From Curvularia clavata (lineage: Eukaryota): a stretch of DNA of 64,000 bases. Positions within the stretch are counted from its first letter, which is position 1, and each line of letters begins with the position of its first letter. Made by a program: the position numbers and the translations under genes. Under the pieces are notes generated by a model. It saw only the letters and a program-made list of their open reading frames with translations, was not told the origin of the DNA and did not search any database. The stretch is from positions 3,472,001 to 3,536,000 of the forward strand of contig CP089275.1 in assembly GCA_023920165.1 (NCBI GenBank), in the 5' to 3' direction. Positions 46,032 through 56,999 of the stretch are shown piece after piece.

Positions 46032-47363
46032 TTATGGCAGATCGCTCAACTTAATAGTAGCGATGTGGATAGCTGCCTTGTTCTCGCTGTAAGCGACTAG
46101 CAGCTCATCACCGGAGAAAGAGGCCGATGGCCAGTAGAATCCAGGGCCATCGGTGTTGGACGGGCCGCGAGTGCCCTGAGGAACAGTCTTGCTAGCGTCG
46201 CCGCCACGGACTACTCCGATGTTGTTGAATGCAAGATCAGAGCCACGTGAAGTCGCAACAGTAAGGATGACCTGAGACGAGTCTGCGCTCATACCGCTGT
46301 TGGATATGTACACTCTGGTCTGTTCTTGTCCATCACTACCACCGAACCAGGCCTTCCACGAGCTGTAAATGTTCGTTTGCTCAATGCTGGAGCCGTCATC
46401 ATTCGCGGGGAACCAGTTCTTGCCCTCCGAATCAGTCGTGTACTCGACAAAAGCATTACCAGTTCTGTTTTTCGTGGAGGCATCTGCCCAGAAGCGCATA
46501 TAACGGCCATCACCCGAATAGCCTCCTATCCAGACAGCGTTGGTGGGATAGCTGACATTGTGCTTGCCATCAGCAGCGACAAGGGGTGAGTTGAAGAGGG
46601 ACGTCGCTTGTGCTGGTACATTTTCTGGTTTTGCCAACGCGGCGTTGATAGCATCTTTGTCCTTGCATACCTTCATTTGGTATTTGGTGCCGTAGACGGT
46701 CTCTGCCCACTCGTGCGCACCGGTGTAGTCGTTAGTCTCGACCCAGCACGGCTCACCAGCGAAGACCCCGTTCACCTCATTGCCAGGGGTATTCAGAAGA
46801 CGAGCCACGCGGCCAGCTGATTGAAAGCTGCCTGGACAGATGTTGTCGCTGGACTGTGCGACCGCATAGTATGTGGGTGAGGACTCGCCCCCACCGGTGT
46901 AGACGATGGTCAACGGCTGTAAGGCTCTTTGAGGAATACCGCGGCTGCAGTAGTATTCTGATGTCTCGACGGTTGTTTGGTTTGGCAAAAGAGCAGGAGG
47001 GAAAGCGATCTCTGGCTTGCTCCACCCGTCATTTGTGCGATAAGAGATCCGCACGTCTTGGCCCATACCGTCAATATCCTTGGAAGAGCCAGAAAACATC
47101 ACGTAAACACTACCGCCAGCGTTGTAAGTAGCCGGATAATACGAGAATAGACGGCCGTCATCAGCCGCAGTGTCGATAGTAGCTTCAACGAGATTGACTT
47201 GCTTCCATGCGAGGCTCTTCGGATCGTTTGGGTCGAGTCTAGCAGGCACTTTCCAGATATCAGTAGGACCTGAGAGGCGTTTGCTTAGGTTTGGGGATGT
47301 GGTTGGCGCAGCCAATGCGCAGGCCGCAAATGCGGAAAAGAGGACAACATTATTAGAAATCAT
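46032..47363 (-). CDS. Secreted protein, probable Asp-box/BNR beta-propeller (sialidase/arabinanase-like fold)
   Basis: Signal peptide and Kex2 site LSKR, Asp-box-like YTTDSEGKNW and SYRTNDGWS, and a C-terminal YWPSA..LLVAYSENK. Single exon. The gene is solid; the fold is inferred. Confidence 0.7.
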   Translation of the reverse strand: MISNNVVLFSAFAACALAAPTTSPNLSKRLSGPTDIWKVPARLDPNDPKSLAWKQVNLVEATIDTAADDGRLFSYYPATYNAGGSVYVMFSGSSKDIDGMGQDVRISYRTNDGWSKPEIAFPPALLPNQTTVETSEYYCSRGIPQRALQPLTIVYTGGGESSPTYYAVAQSSDNICPGSFQSAGRVARLLNTPGNEVNGVFAGEPCWVETNDYTGAHEWAETVYGTKYQMKVCKDKDAINAALAKPENVPAQATSLFNSPLVAADGKHNVSYPTNAVWIGGYSGDGRYMRFWADASTKNRTGNAFVEYTTDSEGKNWFPANDDGSSIEQTNIYSSWKAWFGGSDGQEQTRVYISNSGMSADSSQVILTVATSRGSDLAFNNIGVVRGGDASKTVPQGTRGPSNTDGPGFYWPSASFSGDELLVAYSENKAAIHIATIKLSDLP

Positions 47364-50300
47364 TTTGATCGAACACCAGCTGTGAGGAGGAGACTCGATT
47401 TGTGGTGAGCAGTAATTTTCAGAGTAACACTATATATACAATGTTATTGCCTTCAATCTCACGTGCTCTGACAACATTGTCAGGTCGATCCCCTGCCGAC
47501 TATTCCGAGTGTGCTACCAGGCCATGCAACAATATTTCAAAACACATTATGATTGGCGGAAGCAGACCCAGCGGGCCGGTGGTATCCCCTGGAACTTTCC
47601 GAAATCTAACTATTATTAGACGCAATTACCTTTTCGGCTTTACTTCCGCCGATCACTACGTCAACACCAATTGTTCTTGACAGGCATTCATCTGAATACG
47701 AGGCTGTTATTGACCAGGGTTTGACAAAAGCCAAAGCAATGTTGTCCAAAAACCTGAGAGTCGGCTCTTCAACAATCAACAAAACCAGAAAATCAAAACG
47801 GGCTCACCTACGCTTTCAACAAAGTGAGAGGTAACTGTGACAAATACCACTACTTTTAAGTGTAAAGCTTTAAGTGCTAAGAAAATAGTAAGTAATAAGT
47901 ACCTGTGGCAAATACAGGTACTATTGAACGTGGCAATGTAGGTTGGTTTTGTAGGCCGCCATTTTCCGGTTTCACCTGTCATGGGAGAGATCGGGTACAT
48001 CACTCGTTGCATGCTCACAGCAATACCCTGTAGGTAGTAGAGTCAAGCCCATATTTCTTTAGAAGTGAAATTCGCAAGAGTCTGTGATGCTTTCTCTCTT
48101 CTGGTGATTATTCGGTGGATCGTCCACCCTAATTTTCGAGGTCTTACATAAGATTTCACAATAACCAGGTTCCTGGCAAATTTAATGTTCTTCTGAGGTC
48201 AACTATGCGGCGCCGAGCAAGAATAGCATCGCGTCAGCTGTTCAAGGTCTATGAGTAGCTCATTGGAACCATTGCTGAGTGAATGAAAGTGCTCAGGCAA
48301 GAATGGTGATCCAGGGCTTACTGCTCATGATCTCGCGCAGAGACGGTGTTCCACAACATGAGTGGGGCTGTGATACTCATCTAGATGGCTCAGGAATAGA
48401 AGGACAGCAAAATGAACATTATGCAGGAAGTGTCCTCAGTCCATGTGTTGATCTGCTGACGAGTTATCACGGGCGTCGAGAAACTCCTCGGCATAGGCTA
48501 CAAACTTGGACCCTCTAATCGGGCCGAGATGCATAGGGCAATATCCTCCTTTTGCACACCGGCAATGACAATGATTCTCTCAATGATGTGAACTAGCACA
48601 AAATATGGGGTATGATTTACACAAGATCATGTAGGTAACATGTCTCGTGATGCTGGCTAAGTAGTTTGCTCGTGCGTTGAGGCTTTCAGTCGTCTCTTGC
48701 GACGACAGAGGTGCTGTGTCGGTCCGCTTAACAAACCCGTTCATTTTTTAACATCACAGAACTTGCTTAGGTTGTTTCAAGCTATATGCTCTTGCTCCCT
48801 TCAAACAGGTGGGATCTACGCCTAAACTCTGGCGTACGAACCTACACACGCGCAGGAGACCAATTACATCGCTCCCTTCCATCAGGTTTTCGGAAACCTC
48901 GCCATGGCAATTAACCTTACCCAAGACAATCGATTTTCCTGATCGAATGTCTTTGATACGAGTTTGACAATCGTCGATGTGTGCACAGAGTAGGGTATTA
49001 CGAATTTACTTACTTAGGTATAGCACCTTGGCTTTTGACCATGCAATTAACCTAACCCAAACAGTTCCTTTACCCAATCATGCTTGTGGTACTGCTGTTT
49101 TGATGATCTTTACTCATGGATAGGTTTCTAGCTCGCGCCAAAGTGTATGTTTACAGCATTGGGGATATCCTAGAAAGCCGAGGAAATTCGAAAGCAATTG
49201 TTAGATAAGTCTAGTATTACTATCCAAGCGATTGACCGAGAGTTTTATCATACATCTGGAAGTAGCAGGAGGTCACCGATATGTACCAGTTGCGCCAGCG
49301 GTGAAGCATCAGTACATACGAAATAATTTAAGATATGCACGATCTCTTTATCAATGACTGGAAATGGATTGAGATCTATTATCACAAGCCACACCTATCT
49401 CCCAGAAGCTAACCAACTTACAAATCCATATCAAGTCATCGTCAAAATGGTACACTCGCATGCTGGTTCCAAATTGAGTATACCAAGTCAGCTCCTCAAA
49501 AGCGAGGGCTAATTAACTGGAGCTGTTTTTGACTCCAAGAAAACAAGACAACAAGTAAATCAAGAAGACGCGAGAAGATTAGTTAATCCAGGAATGAGCA
49601 ATTTCATTCCCATAAGTAAAAACAGGGCCTGTTGGCCAACTTTAGCTTTGGACGGTAATGACCTAGCAGGAGAAAACTTGCGTCGTCAGTTTATATTGAA
49701 TATGTTTATGCTCATATACGGTTTCTAACTTCCATTCGTACCATTACTTTTACACTTTTATCTATCAGTTAGCTGCTAGCTCACCTGCAAAGAGTTTATA
49801 CTGCTCGCAGTTGAGCCACCTCCTACCCGCGCCTACTGCTTGAGCGCCACTCAAAGTGCCTGAAACATCTTCGGATTCAGTAGCTGGTTCCAGGTACATG
49901 AATTCATAGCATGATCGAATCCCTATGGTCAGCACTTTTAGAAAAAGTATGCATAATCAACTTGAGTATATCGTGTAACCATCTAACTCGTTATCTAAAA
50001 TAATATCAACTGGACCAATGCCAAAAAAAAAAAGATCACGGAATACATTGAAGTAGTTCGACGAAAAAATCACCAAAATTGAATGCAGCAGTATCATGCG
50101 AGGATTACAGGTTGAATATGACGCTCATTACAGGGGTTTTGTGCCTTAATAGTAGAATTCATCCTGCTCCAATCTACTATTCATACGATGAAAAACTCTA
50201 GGGTCTTAATACCATATTTATTAGTACTTATTATCTTCTACCGGTTGTTACAGAGTCTGTCAGCTACAAGAATTTTCGCCGAGAGCTGGATTTCATTAGC

Positions 50301-50892
50301 CCTGATGGGAAAGCGCTGCCAATTTGTGGCCAAAAAGAGCGATCGCATATATCTGTCGCGACGAGGGCCAAGCGGAGCCATGTGATACCCCCAGAACCTT
50401 TGCAAAAGGGGTGGCAAAGGCAGCCCGTTACCAAGGGGCGCATTTAGCAGACAGGGTTTGCGATGTGCTACTCCTTCGAGCCTCTTCGGCAAGCGGCACT
50501 GGAAGGGGGCATGACTCAGGGCAAGCTGAACATGCAGGGAAGGATTCAGCAAACAAAACCGTGAGTAAGGAGCTTAGATTTAGGAAAAGAAACTTCAATC
50601 CCTCTCACCAGTACACTGTTATGAAAGCGATCGAGGTACGTACTTAAAATCCATGGCCATATTTTGTACATGGTTTTTGCGCAAGAATCATGAGGTATAC
50701 TAGCACATTGCAGTTGTGGGACTAACCGCGCGATCGACGCCGTGGCGTACATTCAAGCGCGCCTCGTGAGATCTAGGCTCATCACATCTTAATCTATATT
50801 GTCCACATAAATGGGCGACATGCAAATGAAATCCAGACCGAAATTCTGAGAAATTTCCCTCACAATCAGTTAATCGGTCATCAGCACTTATC

Positions 50893-51393
50893 ATGTCATT
50901 GACACAAAGGCGTCTCGAGAGGGAATTCCACACCCTGCGCAAAAATCCCACCAACGGCTACCACGTTGAACTCAAATGCGGCGACATCTTCGAATGGCTT
51001 GGTTCACTCAAAGGCCTCAAAAACTCGCCTTATGAGGGCGGCACATTCAACTTCTGCTTGCGATTCACAGAAGAGTACCCAGAGAAGCCGCCGATACTTA
51101 AGTTTACGACCAGAATCTATCACCCCAACGTCAATGGCCGGACAGGCGCGGTTAGATGGAATATGCTGGGCAAGAATTGGCATCACAACAATACAATGGA
51201 GAAAGTCATGATGAGCTTAAGGGCGCTGCTAGATCACCCCGAATTGCAGAGTACGGTCGATAATGGTATGGCAACTGAATTTGCGTATCACCGGAAAAGA
51301 TTCTTTGAACATGCGAAGGAATGGACGGAAAAGTGTGCGATGGAGGAGCCAGCTTCATCTCCTCACATGAGCGTGACTGCGATTTCAGGATAA
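50893..51393 (+). CDS. Ubiquitin-conjugating enzyme-like protein lacking the catalytic Cys (UEV-like)
   Basis: RRLEREF, SPYEGGTF, YPEKPP, FTTRIYHPNV and AKEWTEKCAM. Arg occupies the active-site position. No introns. Confidence 0.82.
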   Translation: MSLTQRRLEREFHTLRKNPTNGYHVELKCGDIFEWLGSLKGLKNSPYEGGTFNFCLRFTEEYPEKPPILKFTTRIYHPNVNGRTGAVRWNMLGKNWHHNNTMEKVMMSLRALLDHPELQSTVDNGMATEFAYHRKRFFEHAKEWTEKCAMEEPASSPHMSVTAISG

Positions 51394-51680
51394 TTAATAT
51401 GATATGAATATTAATAGTGTTGGGCGACTGCCGTGGGATCAATAACCTTGCTCTGCTTGAACCTTTCTTCGCATAAACCTATCAAATTACACAAGGTATG
51501 CATTCTTTCGAAATGTGCATTCATGCGGAAGTGCCAATGTAATTTTTCGTCAGTACTCCTTCTAGGCTTTGGGTCCCTCAGAACTTCATGAAGCATGAAA
51601 GTGTGCACTGAAGACTTGATGTTTGCTTCGCTAGATGGCAGTCACACACGTACAAAATTGCAGTGATTGTGGCAGACTAG

Positions 51681-53942
51681 CTAATTCCCGTAGCGCAAGA
51701 CTTTTGGTCTTTTGCTCCGGGCATAGTCTTGCGAGTCACTGCTGGCCTTAACTTGGTTTTCTCCTCCGTGCCGCTTAAACAAGTTTAGTCTTTCTCTACC
51801 CTGAAAGCGTCCATGGATCTGTAAAAATTCGGGAGGCGTTTCGGATACTAAGATAGAATCTTGTGGCGGGTTTTCAGACTGTTGTTGTAAGCCCTATATT
51901 AGGTCAGTGACTGCACGTCATTTATTGCATGGCCCTTTCATCATTTTGATGAAGACATGCCTGTTCTTCGACGGGTGTTTCGCTGACTAGGACCGAATCT
52001 TGCTCATGCTGGATATCTGGGAATGGGAACCGATGTCGCGGATATCTCATCTGTGAACAATCATCTTTGACTAATTTTAAGCTCCCTGCGGAACTAATGT
52101 CTCCGCTACCGTTTGCGCTCTTGTCAATGTCGCCATTGCAAAACAAGAGCTGGTTTGTAGGGCTGCAAATGGACTTCCTAGCAGAATCCCTCCTTCTTGC
52201 TCGTGGTGCTAGTGACTTCGAAGTTACTCTTGTAGAAACATATCGGACGGATGAGTCTTTTGCGCCTAGAGGAACCGGCGTGCCATACTGTGTCAGATTA
52301 AAGTGACGGGGGTTTGATTCTTCATGCGAACTGCTGCCAAATGCATCAGTGGCTACCGAATCTTGAGTAAGCTCACTAATGTCTTCAACAAGCTGGGCGT
52401 TCTTGTTGCGCGGTTCCCAGTCAGCAATTGAACGAGCATACAGGTCTTCAAAGTCGTCCATATGACATTTGAGCCAAGGGTGCGCTAGAGCCTCAAAGGC
52501 TGTCATGCGATCTTGTTCTCGCAACACCAATAGCTTCTTGACGAAGTCTTTTGCATCAGAGTCGACCAATTTCCATGATGGGTGGTGATCATCATCAAGT
52601 AAGCTCAAGTCACAGATTGCCGCAAGTTCTACAATGACCCCTTGTGGATTTCTAGGATAGTCAGGATGATTGCGATCGGTGAATATATGATCCCCGGAAA
52701 GGATGGTAGCTGTAAGTGAGCCAATGGCCCACATATCTATGCTTTCTGAGTATCCATACTCCGCCGGAATGGCGGGGTTAGCACGGAAAATTTCAGGCGC
52801 TGCATACTCCAGAGTGCCGACGTGTGAAAACATTCGCTGGTTTTTAGTGGTCTGGCTGCTCTTCCTAGGAAGAAACCTTGCATTACCGAAATCAGTAATA
52901 ACAACACGAGCATTGTTTTCCAGTGAAGACACCAATATGTTGTCGGGTTTAAGATCTCGGTGCACGATGCCTAGTCCATGGAGATACTCGATTCCCTTCA
53001 AGATTTGGAGTACGATGGCGGCGGACTGGATGCTATCAATTCGTCCTCCTTTGAACTCAAGAAAAGAGAACAAATCACCCCCAGTGAGGAGCTCCTGGAA
53101 TATATATATGTTGTCGTGACCACAGAACACTTTCTCAAGAGCGATGACATTAGGGTGGCTAAGATCTTCGAGAATGTTGAACTCTCGATAACAGCGGTCT
53201 CTGGACTGGATTGCACGCCGCTCTCGGTCAGCAGCAGGTAAGTGCACGTTCTTCAAGGAAAGCGCATTCGTTCGAATTATTTTGCATGCAAGTTGTCTCT
53301 TTGTCGCTCGATTCACAGCAATGAGTACTTTTCCATATGCACCCTCACCCAGCATACGAGTGCTGAGGAGATATCGGGAACTAAATGTCTTTGTCTCCAC
53401 TTGTTGGGCTGGAGTCAACTGGATCGTCTGCATAGGACATTTCGATAAGTAGATCAACGTGACGTTGTCGGAAATACTCAGCTCGTCTCCATGGTCGAGG
53501 AGGAATGTGTTGTTGCGGCCCATAAGGTCCCCTTCACTCTGGGATGCAGTGTAGTGGGAACCGCACTTATTCAGGTAGGTACCATTGGCTGATAGGTCAG
53601 TCGCATAAACAAGCGGCGCGATGTGGGATGTCAAATTTTGCTCATAAAGAATGCAGTGGATGCGCAGATGCAGTCGTGAAATAGTAAGATCGTCACACCA
53701 CGTGTAACGACTGTTGAATAGGTCAGATCATGGCATACCACGAGGATGCGAGCGGCGCTCCCACCAGAGGTCTATGTCTCTGCCGAGATAGAATTGCTCG
53801 TTCCCACAAACCTCAATGGCACTGCGCTCGGTTCCTGAAGTTGTTAGTTTGCTGACCATGGCTCGAGGATGAGCTACAGCCCACCGCAAGTGTCATCATC
53901 AGCAACAAGCACCTGCAGCCATCCCACGACCTCGCCCGCCAT
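51681..53942 (-). CDS. MEK1: FHA-domain Ser/Thr kinase, Mek1-like (meiotic Chk2 paralog)
   Basis: FHA (FYLGRD, ISRLHLRIHCILYE, YATDLSANGTYL) plus kinase motifs LGEGAYGKV, HRDLKPDNIL, DFG and GTLEYAAPE. Introns 53835-53884, 53711-53764 and GC-AG 51894-51960. Confidence 0.85.
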
Positions 53943-54313
53943 AGCATAACACTGTCAATTCGCTGGCGGCGCTATTCCATAGTAGTAATATCGGTGTTTG
54001 TGTGAAGCTTGAAGCTAGCCAAGTGATGCGACGCGCGTGAACTTGGCACCTGCTCGAGGTCGGCCCGCTAAACCGCTTTCGCTAAGCGAGCCCCGCTCCC
54101 ACCTAGGTATTTCGACGAGCTCGACTGCTACCTTTGTTCTACACTCACGACACTCATCTCGACAGCAATGTAAGTTACTCTCCGCGGGCGTTTATTTGCC
54201 CTTGTACTGCTCAATTGAGCGGCATCCTCGCTCTGCGAGTGCATCTGCTCTTTCCTTCAGTTCCGCAGCCATCAAGCGCAGCCGCTGACCTCATCCCACA
54301 GCCAGCCGACAAG

Positions 54314-54444
54314 ATGAGAGCGAAATGGAGGAAGAAGCGCGTTCGACGTCTCAAGCGCAAGAGGAGAAAGACTAGGGCTCGTTCGTAAGTCATACCGGCG
54401 CCATTGTCGTGTTGCACGAGACTGACAGGTTTCCCAGCAAATAA
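54314..54444 (+). CDS. RPL41: Ribosomal protein eL41 (25 aa)
   Basis: MRAKWRKKRVRRLKRKRRKTRARSK* after removing intron 54385-54437. A probable 5'UTR intron spans 54170-54301. Confidence 0.96.
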
Positions 54445-55178
54445 ACTACTCGCCCCTCAATCTCAGCAACCCTACGCCTCGGTTTTGAAGGATAACAACG
54501 AATGAACGAATTCTCTTCAACGCATTGCCTTGCGCCTAGCTTGCGTCATCTTCCGAAAATACGCACTTCGACCCCCGCTATGTCATCCGGCCGAATGCGA
54601 CACGCGAGCAATCAATCATCTTCTCTGGGAGGCAACGCCTGTACTCGATTGAGGGACGTTATGGGACGCTGGTCAACCGCCTATCAGGCACATTGAGGTT
54701 CTCTGGGAGTTTACTTGAACATGAGATTACGACGGTCTATCTAACACCGGCTCGCGTTCACTGCGGACGCTTGCCTTTGACTGATCTGTCGCCATGTGAA
54801 CATGCGATAACGGAATCAAAAATGCTTCACGACAATTCTTCCTCGCTTATTGTGTGCGTGATGTTGTGTGATGTGGTGCGTAATGCGAAGGGCCGAGCTC
54901 AGCTGAGGTACCATGATGTAGCATGCTCCACTTCGCTTGGTAACCGAGCCGTGGTGCACGATGAGATCTGCCTTCTAGTAGGCCAGGATGTCATGTGCAT
55001 TTTTTTGAAAGAATGATTTCATTAATCTAAAACCATGGAAGTAAGAAGAAAAAGGAGTGACGAAAAGGTTCCGTCCACATGGGACGATATTCGAAAAATA
55101 ATGGCCAACCGAGAGTGTTCAACTGTCCAACACTCTTGAGCATCGCAACTACCACAGACTACCAATCTGATTGAATGA

Positions 55179-56740
55179 TTACACCTCACTACCAGTCCAA
55201 GCGTAATTCGATTTTGAGTCCCTCTCATTGCCAGGTCTGTCATGGCAATTCTGATGCAGCTCGTGCAATACAATCACACCGTCGCCCTCGCTAGCACGAG
55301 CAACAGGTACATCTTCCGTAGCCCATGCATGCGCATGTACACCGGGTGAATTTATCGCGGCCGTTGCTGTGCCCGCGTCGGCGGGAGTCCGTTCAACAAT
55401 GTTGCGACGGTTGAAAAGCGGTAATAAAGAGTTACTCTGTTTAGAACGTGCGAACCATCGTTTGAAGGACGACTGCCGTACCAAAGTAGCAGGTTGCTCA
55501 GGGACGCCTTGTTCTTCTTCAATCAATTCGCATTCGCTAGTGCCATGACGGACGCTCGGAATCGAGTCAAGGACAACAGAGTTTTTGCGCACACAGCTCT
55601 TGGCCGTATCACTAACCGAAGCGACGGAGTCGGTTCTAGACGACCAAAGCATGTTCTTTGCCTTGCTAGACACATTGCTGGTCCATGATCTAGCAGCTAT
55701 GAAGCTCGAAGGCGTTCGGTAACTGCTCCTGCTCGTCTCGTACAGACTTGGCCATACCTTGCCCAGGCCTAGGCAGACCAGTATCTTCCTGTAGAGGTTG
55801 TGCGCATCAACGCCAGTTCCGAAAAGCAAGAAAACAACGTATCCAGTAATCACTTGGATCCATTTGTCATAAGCAACATTGCCTTGGGCCGGTACACAAA
55901 TGATAGCGTTGAATGAGGTCGGATCATGGACGCGAGACCAAGAGTACGGTCCGTTCATGGTACGTGACGCAACAAACAAGATGTAGATAGAGTAGCCAAA
56001 ATAAACCAGACTAGTCGTTATCCCTAAGATAAATAGTCGGATGAAGCGGGATTTTGTTGTGTTTTGAGCAGCGACTAGGCGGTGGAATTCTTGTCGGTAG
56101 CGGTAGAGTCGGTATATAAGTAAGACTGCAGATAAATGTCAGCACCAAGCTGAAGAGAACAAAGCCTGTGATTCAGAGAAGACTTACTTGACCAATACGT
56201 GGCAAACATCGTGGTAATGGGAAACCACATGATGTTTACGACAAGACTGGGCCACGAATTGTCGTAAGCAGGTAGACACCCTACAATACCGAAGACGAAA
56301 TAGCGAGCCGACTGAACAACGTAGTACGCAATTATCAGGACCATGGGAGCGCCCCAGCACCATACTATTTCCCAAATCTTCTCCCTGGTCTTGCTGTCAC
56401 GACTGCTTGATACTGTGATGTTGCGGGTATCCATGACCTTAGCCAGCTTCCGTGTGATCATTGCCGCAGACGCTGCAATGCCTATGTAACTGCCGACCTG
56501 TATGCGGACGTGGATGTCACACCAAACATGGCCATCCCACCATTCCGGAATATTATCGCGTGGCCATATGAGAGCGTTGATGGAGTTGAAGAAGTTGTGA
56601 AGCATGAGCCAGAGAATTATTGATCCGGCGGCAAAGTTGACTCGTCGAAAATGCCATGACATTGAAGGTATGCAAAGAATCCATGCTGGGAATGCGAGGG
56701 CGGGAAAAAGCATGGCTTGGGTGGAGATGGGAGCATCCAT
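55179..56740 (-). CDS. STE3: a-factor-type pheromone receptor (STE3/Pre1 GPCR)
   Basis: NSINALIWP...WWDGHVWCDI, YYVVQSARY..GC, YRYRQEF, TTKSRFIRLF and PYSWSRVH. Intron 56126-56187. An in-frame upstream ATG exists at 56800. Confidence 0.94.
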
Positions 56741-56999
56741 GGAGGGCTCCTGTAGATAGACCGTATTCCTTGCGAGAATACCGACAGCGTTGGACCGCAT
56801 TTTTTTTGTGTATAGGACTCAGAGGAATAGCGAAGATTAGTAGTTGTGTCTCGCAGCTGAGCTTGTCAGGACGTCTAGAAGCAATAAATAGCAGTTGAAA
56901 CTGAAAGAAAAAGAGAAGTAGCGACAAGTGTGAATAGTGGTCCAACATTGGTCTTCGCAGCCTCCATGACTACACATGCTGGGTAATTGTAGCGTTCGT

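Noticed and set aside
50188..50647. Overlapping short ORFs upstream of the pseudo-E2
   Set aside because: No motif support and no convincing splice path into the E2-like ORF, which has its own ATG.
53960..54040. URS1-like GGCGGC and MSE-like CACAAA upstream of MEK1
   Set aside because: Both are imperfect, short matches expected by chance.
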